A stretch of DNA of 64,000 bases from an uncultured cyanobacterium. GTDB taxonomy: Bacteria > Cyanobacteriota > Cyanobacteriia > Cyanobacteriales > CAWCAG01. A program made the position numbers and the translations under genes. The DNA lies in NCBI GenBank assembly GCA_963793425.1, contig CAWCAG010000009.1:352001-416000 (forward strand), read 5' to 3'. Below are positions 1 to 10,361 of the stretch, one piece after another; the first letter of the stretch is position 1, and each line of letters starts with the position of its first letter. Under the pieces are notes generated by a model. It saw nothing but the letters and a program-made list of their open reading frames with translations. It was not told the DNA's origin and did not search any database.

Positions 1-137
1 TGCTTGCTTTTTTATTCCTTGAGGTGATATTATGTACATGGTAGAAAAGGTGCGCTCTTGAAACCATTTTTTTCAGCAAGTATTTAGTTGATTTCCAAAT
101 AATAGTTATCTCTACATTAATAACTAATAACTGAATA

Positions 138-1334
138 ATGGTGCAGGAAGATAATCAATCGGAGCGAGAATGGGAGATAGAGCAAAGCTATCTTAAAGAT
201 TTAAGTATAGAAATTAATAGCCTCCAGGAACAGTTAATTCAACCTTTACATCAGGAAGTTCAACAACTCGAAGAGAAAAAAGTCCGCTTGTTGCAAGAAA
301 TTGAGCAACTTGAATTACAGAAGGAAGTAATAACTCCTCCACCTAAACCCCAACTTCAGAAATCATCTTTAACTAAACTAAGTTTCTTCCTCGCTTTCGT
401 TTCTACTCTATGCTTAGCTTGCCAAAATATAGTTATTGCTATTATTCTCAATCCCTCCTCTGTTTTCGGTAACTTTGCAACAGGAGGATATCTCACCCCA
501 GGAGTAACCAATTCTCTATTGATTCTCTGGCTAAGAATGTTGGTAGTAGTACCCTTACTGTTTATAGTTTCCCGTTTTATCCATCCTTCAAGCTGGCAAG
601 TAATTAAAAAAGTAATTGACTGTCAAGATTGGGGTTTAACCAGCAAAGTAATTGCTTGTGGTTTCTTGCTTTTCCTTTCTCAACTACTCATTTATTTATC
701 ATTAGGTTTTCTTCCTGTTGGAGTCGCTGTAACTCTCTTCTTCATTTTCCCCCTGGCTACTATTTTATTTACTTGGTTTCTCTTCGGAGAAAGCCCTAAT
801 CTCATTCGCACTATTATTATAGTTATTACGGCGGTAGGACTTTTATTAACTATACTTTTAGGAAAACAAGGAGAAGTTAGTTTTTCTTGGTTAGGTATAA
901 CCACAGCTATTGGTTCAGGTATTACTTTTGCTATTTATCTTCTCATCACTCAACTCTGTGCCAAAAAACTACATCCTGTACCATTTAGTGTACTTAATTT
1001 TCTGAGTATCTTACTTTTCTCCTTTCTCGGTTTACTAATCATTCTGCCTTTTAATAACCAATTTAGTCTTGAACCAGAAATCTGGACAAAACTAATTATT
1101 AGTGGTTTCTTATTAGGAACATTAACCTTACTAAGTTATCTTTCTAGCAATATTAGTATCCGTTTCATCGGGGCAGGTGCTTCCTCAACGATTGGGGCAG
1201 TAAACCCCGGTTTAACTGCTTGTTTAGGATGGTTCATTTTAGGGCAAGGTTTAGGCAAACAATTTTGGGGCATTGGGTTAGTTACTTTTGGTATAATTGC
1301 CCTCAGTTTAGTAAGAATATCGAGCAGGAAGTAG
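138..1334 (+). CDS. EamA/DMT family transporter with N-terminal coiled coil
   Basis: Q/E/L-rich coiled-coil N-terminus followed by about 10 hydrophobic helices in two repeats (GVAVTLFFIFP; IGAGASSTIGAVNP). Confidence 0.8.
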   Translation: MVQEDNQSEREWEIEQSYLKDLSIEINSLQEQLIQPLHQEVQQLEEKKVRLLQEIEQLELQKEVITPPPKPQLQKSSLTKLSFFLAFVSTLCLACQNIVIAIILNPSSVFGNFATGGYLTPGVTNSLLILWLRMLVVVPLLFIVSRFIHPSSWQVIKKVIDCQDWGLTSKVIACGFLLFLSQLLIYLSLGFLPVGVAVTLFFIFPLATILFTWFLFGESPNLIRTIIIVITAVGLLLTILLGKQGEVSFSWLGITTAIGSGITFAIYLLITQLCAKKLHPVPFSVLNFLSILLFSFLGLLIILPFNNQFSLEPEIWTKLIISGFLLGTLTLLSYLSSNISIRFIGAGASSTIGAVNPGLTACLGWFILGQGLGKQFWGIGLVTFGIIALSLVRISSRK

Positions 1335-1447
1335 GGAAAACACTAACCTACTTATTGAGGGAGACAAAGAGACACGGCAGATAAATGTTTAATGTAGCCT
1401 ACGGCAAGGCTTACGCCAACAATGTTCAATGTTTAATGTTTAATGTG

Positions 1448-2923
1448 TTATCCTACCTGAATATCCTTAACCCTTACGGGTACACAAGCATGAGTCATTT
1501 GGGCTAATTGCATGGGTTCCCCTTTACCACAAAAGGAAGTGCCGCACTGCCTCATTTGAGAAGCAGATCCAATTCCATCTACCTGATGCCAAAAATCTGT
1601 AGTCATGCTGTGATAGGTAACATTTTTCAACATACCCACAACTTTCCCGCCCTCAACTTTCCAGAAAGCATCACCACCAAACTGGAAATTACGACGCTGT
1701 TGATCAATAGAAAAGCTACCAATACCATCAATAAGAATACCATCTTCAGTATCAGCAATCATCTCTTCTAAAGTGGCTGTATGGCTGCCTCCTTCTACTC
1801 CTGGTTCTAAACCAAGATTGGGAATCCGTACCATCGGGACACTCGCCCAACTATCAGCATAGGAACTACCATTGCTGCTATCTCTACCCAAGCGGTAAGC
1901 GGTTTCCCGATCAGTGAGATAGTCTACCAAAATGCCATCCTTAACCACATACCATTCTTGGGACTTAACACCCTCGTCATCGTAACCCATAGTTCCCCTA
2001 CCGCCCGGTTGGGTACGATCTGCCTTAAAATTAATCCAAGGGGCCGCGTAGGCTAATTTTCCTAACTTATCAGTGGTGGCAAAGCTAGTGCCAGCAAAGT
2101 TAGCTTCGTAACCATAAACTCTATCTAACTCTGTAGGATGCCCCACAGATTCGTGTATGGTTAGGTAAAGGTTACTAGGTTTGAGAATTAAAGTTGTCGC
2201 CCCAGGAAGGGTTTCTGGTGCGCTAACCTTCTCAATTGCCTCTTGAGCAACTCGTTCAATATTACCCAGCAAATCAAGTTTATCAATATGTTCGTAACCT
2301 AAATTGAGGGGAGGGCGTTCATAACTACGACTTTGGGCATCTCCATCTGCGATCGCAGTGCAACCAAAGCCAGGATGACTACGGTAAATAGTTTGTTGAA
2401 TTAAAGATCCTTCCGTGGAAGCAAAGGTTTTCTCCTCTTTAGTAAAACTCAGGAAAGAATAGGCTTTTTTAATCCCTTCATTTTCGTAACCAAGTAACTG
2501 TTCATTAATCTCCAACAACAACCGGGCTTTCTCCCCAATAGAGACAGTAAAAGGGTCTATTTTAATAGGAGTAGTATAACTATCTTCATAAGACTGAACT
2601 GGTACTAACTTAACAGGTTGCTGTTGCGAAAGACGACTACCTTTAGCAGTTTCCACCGCTAAATTAACCACCCTCATTACTTCTTCTGGACTTTTCCGAT
2701 GGCTAGCCGCAAACCCCCAAGCCCCCTGGAGAAGGACTCGAACCCCAAAACCAGAACTAAGATTATCTGCTAAGTTTTTCAAGGAGCGATCACGGGCCAT
2801 TAAATTCTGTTGGCGATAGGTGCAAAGGCGTATATCTCCGTACTCGCAACCTGCCTGACGAATTAAATCTATAGCTAAGGAAGCGAGTTCTTTTGTTGTA
2901 GTTCGTAGAGGAGTTTGTACCAT
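1448..2923 (-). CDS. tldD: TldD/PmbA family metalloprotease (TldD-type)
   Basis: GFGVRVL, HESVGHPTELDR zinc motif, YDDEG, C-terminal CGKGEP. Confidence 0.88.
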   Translation of the reverse strand: MVQTPLRTTTKELASLAIDLIRQAGCEYGDIRLCTYRQQNLMARDRSLKNLADNLSSGFGVRVLLQGAWGFAASHRKSPEEVMRVVNLAVETAKGSRLSQQQPVKLVPVQSYEDSYTTPIKIDPFTVSIGEKARLLLEINEQLLGYENEGIKKAYSFLSFTKEEKTFASTEGSLIQQTIYRSHPGFGCTAIADGDAQSRSYERPPLNLGYEHIDKLDLLGNIERVAQEAIEKVSAPETLPGATTLILKPSNLYLTIHESVGHPTELDRVYGYEANFAGTSFATTDKLGKLAYAAPWINFKADRTQPGGRGTMGYDDEGVKSQEWYVVKDGILVDYLTDRETAYRLGRDSSNGSSYADSWASVPMVRIPNLGLEPGVEGGSHTATLEEMIADTEDGILIDGIGSFSIDQQRRNFQFGGDAFWKVEGGKVVGMLKNVTYHSMTTDFWHQVDGIGSASQMRQCGTSFCGKGEPMQLAQMTHACVPVRVKDIQVG

Positions 2924-3160
2924 AATTTAAGCAATTTTCTTGGGTTGAAGATGCCTTCGTTCGGGATAAATAATCAAGGGTAGTTCCTTGACTATTTAAC
3001 TTTCACCTATTTTAGTAACACAGTTTAAATATGAAAAGTGTATGAATACTAGCTTCTAAAGCAAGATCGTGAAGACAATAGTCATTTCTACTAGCTATTA
3101 GCCACTAGCCGTTAGCAAACACCAGAATCTAGGCTGTACCTCACGCTTACTCTTGTTTTG

Positions 3161-4099
3161 CTATAGCACAGCAAAAGTACTTTGGGCAAAAGAGACTTTT
3201 TCAGAAATGGTTGTTAGTTTGCCTCGAACCTCATCTATTGCCTCTAGCCGGGGAATCAACCCTGCTTGGTTAGCAATTTGAATCGACAAGCCCGGACGAG
3301 CATTAATTTCTAAAAGCAAAGCCCCTTTTTCCTCATCAAGAACAAAATCCACCCCTAAATAACCAAACTCAGTTTTGTCACCCAAAGTTGCAGACATTTC
3401 TAAAATCTTTTCCCAACCAGGAATAGATAACCCAGCTAAAGGACTGCCAGTTTCAGGATGTTCTTTAAGATAACGATTATGCTGAATCGCAGCTAGGGTT
3501 TTACCCGTAGCTAAATCTATCCCAACCCCAACCCCACCTCGATGAAGATTTGCCTTACCATCAGAAGCACGAGTGGGCAAACGCAACATCGCCATCACCG
3601 GAACTCCATGATAAATAATTAGGCGCAGATCCGGAACTCCTTGATAAGCGACATCTGCAAACACAGGGTCAAACTGTACCGCATATTCAATGATAGCAAC
3701 ATCCTTATGACCAGAAAGAGAAAACATCCCACTCAAAATGTTATGAATGTGGTAGTGCAAATCCTCTGGCTTAAGCACAGAATCATTACTTTGACGATAT
3801 CCTGCCTCTACAGCATCTTTAATCACAACAATGCCGTCCCCTCCACTACCCCGTGATGGTTTAATCACAAAAGTATTGTGTTCTTCAACTAAATCTCTCA
3901 AACCTTTAACTTCGTTTTGAAACTGTATCACACCATAGGTTTCAGGGATGCTAACACCAATATTTTCGGCAATCTTTTTGGTTTCTAGCTTGCTGTCTGC
4001 ATATTGATAAAGTCGTCGGGGGTTGCAAGGAAATAAATAATCTAAATTACGGCTATTGACACCAAGGATGCCATGGTTTTGAAACAAAAATGACTGCAT
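3161..4099 (-). CDS. Alpha-L-glutamate ligase-like ATP-grasp protein (RimK-related)
   Basis: LGVNSRN N-terminus, FVIKPSRGSGGDG, GVPDLR, ANLHRGG, LEINARPGL. Confidence 0.85.
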   Translation of the reverse strand: MQSFLFQNHGILGVNSRNLDYLFPCNPRRLYQYADSKLETKKIAENIGVSIPETYGVIQFQNEVKGLRDLVEEHNTFVIKPSRGSGGDGIVVIKDAVEAGYRQSNDSVLKPEDLHYHIHNILSGMFSLSGHKDVAIIEYAVQFDPVFADVAYQGVPDLRLIIYHGVPVMAMLRLPTRASDGKANLHRGGVGVGIDLATGKTLAAIQHNRYLKEHPETGSPLAGLSIPGWEKILEMSATLGDKTEFGYLGVDFVLDEEKGALLLEINARPGLSIQIANQAGLIPRLEAIDEVRGKLTTISEKVSFAQSTFAVL

Positions 4100-4106
4100 T
4101 AATTCC

Positions 4107-5747
4107 TTATCCCTTTGATTGATTTAACTGACGTTGTAGAGACAAAAAGCGAAAATACTCCGTCAGCTTGTAGCCGTTGTAGCGCCCTAAGAGAATGTTG
4201 AGGGACAAAACCACCAATAGTAACTCTGGAAAGGCAAAAGCTAAATGCTGAATATAGGGGTTTATGGTACATAAGTAGCCCAAGATCGCCACAGCTAAAC
4301 TGCCTAAACTAGCTATGATCACTTCCTTTCCCCCTTCTTCTTCCCACATCATCGCTGCCCGTTCAATAGTCATAGCTAAAATGACAATGGGAAACAGAGA
4401 AATAGATAAACCGAGACTGAGATTAAAGCTTTTCATTACTATTGCTAACCCCCCCATGATTAACACTGTTGTAGTTAGTATTGCTCCTAAGCGAGGTACA
4501 ACTAAAAGCTGCAAGCGATTGAGACAAGCACGTATTAAAAGTCCAATGCTAACCACCAGTATAAATAAAGAAATGCCCCTAATTAAACCTGTTTCCCGAA
4601 AAGAAAGAGCAATTAAAATAGGTGTAAATGTACCGAAGGTTGGCAAACCAATAACTTGGTGGAGAAAAGCCACAATCAACGCACCTATGGGTACTAGTAC
4701 TAGCACCTGAAAAACTCGTTGAGTTGCTAGGGGCAATTTGAGGAGAGAGTATTCTAAAAAGGGATTAGTGGCAGCTTGTTCTTGCCAAATGGCTTTGGTT
4801 AAGCCGTTGTCGATGTTAGGACGCACCAAAACTTCTAGGGTGATATCCCCTGAACCTTTGGCTGCAAGGGGCTTACTAGAGCCATACCACCAAGTCAGGT
4901 AGCGATCTTGTTCCCCAAAACTGCGATTAACAGGGTCATAAGCTAACCACCCATCCTTATCTTCACTTTGAATTTCTAACCACCTGACAAAATCGGTAGC
5001 GTAAACTTCTTCACTAGTAAGTAAAATACCATTACCAATACGGGTTGGTATTTGTGCTTTTTGTAATAAAAAGGCAGCGATTTCTGCGGTAGATTTTTCC
5101 ACTCCTATGGTGTTACGAATCGTTTGGACACGAATATCTTCTGAGTTTAGGGCTAAATCGTAGATATTTTGGGCTAAGGAAAAAGAATCACTTGATTTTT
5201 CCTCAGCTATTTTAAGCAGGGATTTAATGGCTGCATCGGGGGGATTTTCTTGCAATTTCTCTTCAACCGCAGCCCTTTCATCTCTATCAAATTCAGCAAA
5301 CTCTTGCTTAACTAAGCGGCGGCCAGCTAGAGAAACTTCATTGGAGTCTGAGTCAGTAAAGTTTTCTTGCTCGTCTACAATGACCCGATAAAAAAGAGTT
5401 GTACTATTTTTCGCTTGCTCATTAGTGAAGGTAGCCACTCGGTTGGTAGGATTTTTTTGAGTTTTGATTTGACGCTCAAATCCTGGATTAACAAAGTCTT
5501 CGTCAACTAAGCGATAACGTTGAGAATTTTGGGGCAGTTGCAGTTGAATTGTGGTGGGCAACGCTTCTTCGGCTTGTAGCAATGACCCCTCTGAGGTAAC
5601 CGCAACTTTAGTTTCTACATACCAACTTTTATAAACTTGATTTGGCAGTAAGGGAATATCCGAAGATAGGGCTTTGTGGAGGAAAATGGTAATGCCCACT
5701 GCACTTAAAAAAAGAGCCAAAAGGAGAGCTTGAAAAGTTCGATTCAT
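4107..5747 (-). CDS. Inactive transglutaminase-like domain fused to 7-TM domain
   Basis: N-terminal TM, transglutaminase-like core (WLAYDP), C-terminal TM block with TFGTFTPILIALSF and GRYNGYKLTEYFRF; likely start ATG 5747 (MNRTFQ). Confidence 0.8.
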   Translation of the reverse strand: MNRTFQALLLALFLSAVGITIFLHKALSSDIPLLPNQVYKSWYVETKVAVTSEGSLLQAEEALPTTIQLQLPQNSQRYRLVDEDFVNPGFERQIKTQKNPTNRVATFTNEQAKNSTTLFYRVIVDEQENFTDSDSNEVSLAGRRLVKQEFAEFDRDERAAVEEKLQENPPDAAIKSLLKIAEEKSSDSFSLAQNIYDLALNSEDIRVQTIRNTIGVEKSTAEIAAFLLQKAQIPTRIGNGILLTSEEVYATDFVRWLEIQSEDKDGWLAYDPVNRSFGEQDRYLTWWYGSSKPLAAKGSGDITLEVLVRPNIDNGLTKAIWQEQAATNPFLEYSLLKLPLATQRVFQVLVLVPIGALIVAFLHQVIGLPTFGTFTPILIALSFRETGLIRGISLFILVVSIGLLIRACLNRLQLLVVPRLGAILTTTVLIMGGLAIVMKSFNLSLGLSISLFPIVILAMTIERAAMMWEEEGGKEVIIASLGSLAVAILGYLCTINPYIQHLAFAFPELLLVVLSLNILLGRYNGYKLTEYFRFLSLQRQLNQSKG

Positions 5748-5749
5748 GC

Positions 5750-6313
5750 CTATCCCTCCCCTTGAGAACATTCTGGTTTTGCAGTGAAGGTTTCCGCCGA
5801 ATCGATTACCAGTGCGCCTTTTTCTAGCATATTACGACCAATTAGTACTGGGTAAGTAAATTGGTCACGTTCGGCCAAGTTTACTTCTTCTTCTACCCAA
5901 CGACCAGCAATACAAAGTTTCATACTCACCACTGGACGGCGGAAAAAGCCCCCTTCTCCATCCTTAATTTTTACCCACCTGATTACAGGACGCTCAAAAA
6001 TAGCACTAGTTTCACCATCAACAAAGCGGAATTTAATCATACCCCCTGATTCCGATTCGTTTTCTGGCTTTTCTAAAATTTCGGCATTAATAGAAGTAGT
6101 TTTGGCTCCTGTATCAAGTTTTACTTTGGTTTGACCTTCAACACCTAAAATTTGAGCATTTTCTATCCAACCTACTCTTTTAGCTTCTTGAAAGGATTCG
6201 TTACTAGCTTTGGTTTCCTGGGAGCTACATCCACTGGTAAATAATAAACTGACTGCAATTGCGCTTACTTTTGCTATGACAAAAACAGTCTTTTTCTTAT
6301 GCAAATTTCTCAT
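5750..6313 (-). CDS. Retropepsin-like protease (RimK-associated 'ATP-dependent zinc protease' family), lipoprotein
   Basis: VGWIE, KLDTGAKTTSI, LIGRN motifs; lipobox FTSGC. Confidence 0.82.
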   Translation of the reverse strand: MRNLHKKKTVFVIAKVSAIAVSLLFTSGCSSQETKASNESFQEAKRVGWIENAQILGVEGQTKVKLDTGAKTTSINAEILEKPENESESGGMIKFRFVDGETSAIFERPVIRWVKIKDGEGGFFRRPVVSMKLCIAGRWVEEEVNLAERDQFTYPVLIGRNMLEKGALVIDSAETFTAKPECSQGEG

Positions 6314-6442
6314 TACTCTAGATTAAATACATAAAACCAGAGTAACTTTTTCATAGTGAGTTGCCAAATATACTGAAGAGGTTACAGTCAAAATATTGAT
6401 ATTCTTAAAAATGAAGAAACTAAACTAATTAATGTGTAGCTT

Positions 6443-7969
6443 ATGCTAGCTAGGGTTTGGAGTGCATCTATTGTTGGTATTGACGCTGTTAAAGTTGGTG
6501 TGGAAGTTGATGTCTCAGGAGGGCTGCCGAAAACCGTAGTAGTAGGTTTACCGGATGCAGCAGTTCAGGAATCGCGGGAAAGGGTAAAAGCAGCCTTAAA
6601 AAATACAGGTTTCGCCTTTCCGGGGGGAAACATCGTCATCAATCTTACCCCAGCAGATTTGCGTAAAGAAGGCCCTAGCTTTGACTTACCCATTAGTGTA
6701 GGAATTTTAGCTGCTTCAGGACAAGTAAACGCCCAATTATTGGGGGACTATTTATTTTTAGGAGAAGTTTCTTTAGATGGCAGTCTTCGTGCCATTGCTG
6801 GGGTTTTACCCATTGCTGCCAATGCCTCTAAGTCTGGTATTGCCGGTTTAGTTGTTCCGGCCAACAATGCCCAAGAAGCAGCGGTGGTAAATGAGATTTC
6901 TGTCTATGGATTTGAACATATCTCAGAAGTTGCCGACTTTCTTAACCAACCGACTAAACATAAACCCATAGCCTCAAACCCCCAAGAAAAATTAGGGCGA
7001 TCCCAGGCTTATGAACCAGATTTAAAAGATGTTAAAGGACAAAACCATGGCCGTCGTGCCTTAGAAATTGCGGCTGCGGGGGGACATAACCTCATTTTAG
7101 TGGGGCCGCCCGGTAGTGGAAAAACCATGTTAGCCAGACGCTTACCAGGAATCCTGCCGCCATTAAGTTTTCAAGAAGCCTTAGATGTCTCCCAAATCCA
7201 TTCCGTAGCTGGTTTTCTCAAAGATAAGGGTTCTTTAGTAACTGAGCGTCCTTTTCGTAGTCCTCACCACTCTGCTTCTGGCCCTTCTTTAGTAGGCGGG
7301 GGAAGCTTTCCCCGTCCCGGAGAAATATCCTTTGCCCATCGGGGAGTACTATTTCTCGATGAGTTAACAGAATTTAAACGCAATGTTTTAGAATTCTTGC
7401 GCCAACCCTTAGAAGATGGCTTCGTCGCCATTTCTCGCACTCGCCAATCTGTCATCTTCCCTTGTCAATTCACCCTCGTCGCCAGCACTAATCCCTGTCC
7501 TTGCGGCTACTACGGCGACCCAATTCAACAGTGTACCTGTTCTCCTCGCCAAAGGGAACAGTATTGGGCCAAACTTTCTGGCCCTTTAATGGATCGCATC
7601 GATTTACAAGTATCTGTCAATCGCCTCAAACCAGAAGAAATGACTCGTCAAACCACAGGAGAAGAATCTGAACCAATCAAAATCCGAGTGCAAAAAGCCC
7701 GCGATCGCGCCTCTCAACGTTTCCAAGCAGAAAAAATTCAGTGCAATGCAGAAATGAAAAGCCATCACCTACGTAAGTTTTGTCAACTTGATGATGCCAG
7801 TCGTAACATCTTGGAAGGGGCGATTCGTAAATTAGGTCTTTCCGCTAGGGCGATGGATCGGGTTTTGAAAGTAGGACGAACTATTGCTGATTTAGCAGGG
7901 GAGGAAAATATGCAAACTTCTCACCTTGCTGAGGCAATTCAATATCGTACCTTAGATCGGGTTCAGTAA
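6443..7969 (+). CDS. comM: YifB/ComM Mg-chelatase-like AAA+ ATPase
   Basis: GLPDAAVQESRERV, GPPGSGKT Walker A, PFRSPHH, LFLDE, NPCPCG. Confidence 0.92.
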   Translation: MLARVWSASIVGIDAVKVGVEVDVSGGLPKTVVVGLPDAAVQESRERVKAALKNTGFAFPGGNIVINLTPADLRKEGPSFDLPISVGILAASGQVNAQLLGDYLFLGEVSLDGSLRAIAGVLPIAANASKSGIAGLVVPANNAQEAAVVNEISVYGFEHISEVADFLNQPTKHKPIASNPQEKLGRSQAYEPDLKDVKGQNHGRRALEIAAAGGHNLILVGPPGSGKTMLARRLPGILPPLSFQEALDVSQIHSVAGFLKDKGSLVTERPFRSPHHSASGPSLVGGGSFPRPGEISFAHRGVLFLDELTEFKRNVLEFLRQPLEDGFVAISRTRQSVIFPCQFTLVASTNPCPCGYYGDPIQQCTCSPRQREQYWAKLSGPLMDRIDLQVSVNRLKPEEMTRQTTGEESEPIKIRVQKARDRASQRFQAEKIQCNAEMKSHHLRKFCQLDDASRNILEGAIRKLGLSARAMDRVLKVGRTIADLAGEENMQTSHLAEAIQYRTLDRVQ

Positions 7970-7982
7970 AAATAATTATCTC

Positions 7983-8019
7983 AGGGGAAAAAATTCATCA
8001 AAACTTTATCATTTCCCCT
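7983..8019 (+). terminator. Possible terminator hairpin after comM
   Basis: AGGGGAAA (7983-7990) / TTTCCCCT (8012-8019) inverted repeat just after the stop; the loop is long. Confidence 0.35.
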
Positions 8020-8107
8020 TGATTATTTACTGAATCTTGACTAAAAGCTGCGTAGAGAAAGCTTATACTTAACCTCATCATCGAAGAAGTCAGGGTCACT
8101 ACAAATT

Positions 8108-8767
8108 ATGATAGCTACTAGTTTTTTCGCCGATAAGTTGATCAGTAATTCTCCTATCCTAGCTCACCCAGATTGTTATCAAGGTGCTAAAATGGTAGCC
8201 AGTTGGCAAGTCACGACAGTCAATTGTGAGCTATTGCTTAGTAACTCCAAGGGAAAAGAAGAAAAATATATTTTTGTTCAACCTAGTATTTTTAAACAGT
8301 ATGCAGATGGGACAGCGAATTTATTAGGTTTAGTTGTTAATATAGATAACCCCAACAAGACCTGGAATCTTAATATTTGGTTCCAAACTAATGAACAAGA
8401 ATCTAGCTATTACTTGCCAGAAAAAGAGCAAAGTTACTCTTACCAAATTAATGAAAAACACCCAGTAATTTTCATTGGGGGAGGAGATTATTTAGGAGAA
8501 ATATTACATCTTTATGAAAATGGTTCTGGTTTAGAGCTTAGTTTAAGCCAGCAGAAAAACAGCTCAGAAATATCAATAGCAGGAAGTTTTGGTTGTATTG
8601 GTGTTGGGGACAATTGTAGCGTTGAAATTAAAGCTAACTTAGAAAAAGTTACTCATACTGCCAATAAAAATCATCCTCAAAAAAATTTACAAATTGCCCT
8701 TCCTAGGGTGAATAATACTAATTTGTTGAATTTCGATTCTTCTACTTGTCCGCTTATGAGTGCTTAG
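8108..8767 (+). CDS. Hypothetical protein
   Basis: 219-aa ORF filling the gap; no motif recognised. Confidence 0.6.
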   Translation: MIATSFFADKLISNSPILAHPDCYQGAKMVASWQVTTVNCELLLSNSKGKEEKYIFVQPSIFKQYADGTANLLGLVVNIDNPNKTWNLNIWFQTNEQESSYYLPEKEQSYSYQINEKHPVIFIGGGDYLGEILHLYENGSGLELSLSQQKNSSEISIAGSFGCIGVGDNCSVEIKANLEKVTHTANKNHPQKNLQIALPRVNNTNLLNFDSSTCPLMSA

Positions 8768-8845
8768 GGAGATGGGGAGCTGGGGAGTTAGGGAGCTAGG
8801 GTTCGCGTAAGCGTTGTCGTTAGACTACTAGGGAGCTAGGGAGTG
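8765..8845. repeat. Short tandem heptamer repeats (GGGAGCT-type, STRR-like)
   Basis: Degenerate GGGAGCT/GGGAGTT runs; a complementary run occurs at about 39445-39490. Confidence 0.7.
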
Positions 8846-8948
8846 ATAAATGTTTAATGATCAATGTTTTGCAACTTCTGCCTTGATTATCTCGTCAAAG
8901 TGATTAAATTGAACAGTTCTTAAACTCTATTTGGGGACTTATAGCTTA

Positions 8949-10361
8949 ATGTTCTATCTTAAACAAAAAACCTGCGGACTTTTCTTCTTCCTTTTCTTGG
9001 CACTTACTTTAATACCTACTAAACCAGCCAATGCCTGCTCTCCAGCCCCGGATAGCCGCCCTTCTAGCTTACTGGAAAAAGGGCAAAGAAGCCAGTATGT
9101 TTTTGCAGGAATTGTCACTGAAGTAGAGGGGAATTCCGTTGTTGTTCAAGTTAACGAATATTTTAAAGGTCAAGGCCCAAAAACTGTTACCTTAACCGGA
9201 TTTAATCAAACTTCCTGTGATGACTTCCTCTCAACAGGAGAACGCCGCCTCTTTTTTGGTGAAGATAGTGGTCGAGAAAGTTGGCAGGCAGTGTATGATG
9301 GTGCTTTCGGTTCTACAGAAACTTGGTCAGAACAAGTTGAATTTCAAGTAGAGGAGATAGACTGGCAAGCCGTATCTTCCCCCAACAATTTACCTTTGTC
9401 AGTGGCTGAAGCAGTTAAGAATCAAGCTAATCAAGATTTTGGCTTTGGTAATAGTAAGATAGAAATAACCTCAGCTCAAAAGCGTACTTGGTCTAACGGT
9501 TGCTTAGGTATTGCTTTCCCGGATCTCGGTTGTACAGAAGCTTTAGTAGAAGGGTGGTTAGTTGAAGCAACTAGAGGCGATCGCAATTTAAGATATCGTA
9601 CTGACAATATAGGTAAGACAGTTTATTTAGAAAATGGCAGACAAATTCTCCCAAATTCTGTGCAAGAAGCTATTTTAAATCAAGCTTTACCCCTGTTACC
9701 AGTTAACCCTAATAAGATGAAGCTAACTCAAGCCTTCCCTCGTATCTGGGATGGTTGCTTAGGTATTTATCCAGAAAAAAATACCCCTTGTACCAAAATT
9801 GCTATTGCTGGTTGGCAGGTTATTTTTGAAGAAGAAGGAGGAGAAGGAGAAAAGCGTTGGGTTTTCCATAGCAATCAAGATGGTTCCCAACTTAAAATCA
9901 ACCTAGCTGCTAGCTATCTTGGCAACTTAATTTTAACTCAACCTGTACCTCAACCTCAACCTGTACCCATCTCCTCAAACAACTTACCCCAAGGTGCAAT
10001 CTTCCGTGCCATCTCCTCTGGGGGGTTTGCTGGTACAACCACAGAAGTTACTTTATGGAGAAATGGTCGTGTTGTCACCAAAAACCTTACTCCTAATAAT
10101 AGAGCTTTGCTGCCTAAAGTTAGTCGAGTAAAAAGGAAACAAGTTCAAGAATTTCAACAACTACTCACACAGCAAGAATTCTCTAGCTACAACGATCGCA
10201 ACTTCCCTCCACCAGAAGGGGCTGCGGACTTTTTTGGTATTACTCTTATTAGCCAAGATAGCTCTCTGACTTACACCGATATCAATACCAATGAGTTACC
10301 TGAACCTTTACAAACGGCGATCGCAGCTTGGCAAGATTTATTAGCTACGGCGAAGGAATAA
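8949..10361 (+). CDS. Secreted multidomain protein (TIMP/NTR-like N-terminus, two WxxGCLG repeats, emfourin-like C-terminus)
   Basis: Signal peptide ending ANA|CSP; repeats TWSNGCLG..CTEALVEGW and IWDGCLG..CTKIAIAGW; C-terminal SSGGFAG...ADFF. Confidence 0.6.
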   Translation: MFYLKQKTCGLFFFLFLALTLIPTKPANACSPAPDSRPSSLLEKGQRSQYVFAGIVTEVEGNSVVVQVNEYFKGQGPKTVTLTGFNQTSCDDFLSTGERRLFFGEDSGRESWQAVYDGAFGSTETWSEQVEFQVEEIDWQAVSSPNNLPLSVAEAVKNQANQDFGFGNSKIEITSAQKRTWSNGCLGIAFPDLGCTEALVEGWLVEATRGDRNLRYRTDNIGKTVYLENGRQILPNSVQEAILNQALPLLPVNPNKMKLTQAFPRIWDGCLGIYPEKNTPCTKIAIAGWQVIFEEEGGEGEKRWVFHSNQDGSQLKINLAASYLGNLILTQPVPQPQPVPISSNNLPQGAIFRAISSGGFAGTTTEVTLWRNGRVVTKNLTPNNRALLPKVSRVKRKQVQEFQQLLTQQEFSSYNDRNFPPPEGAADFFGITLISQDSSLTYTDINTNELPEPLQTAIAAWQDLLATAKE

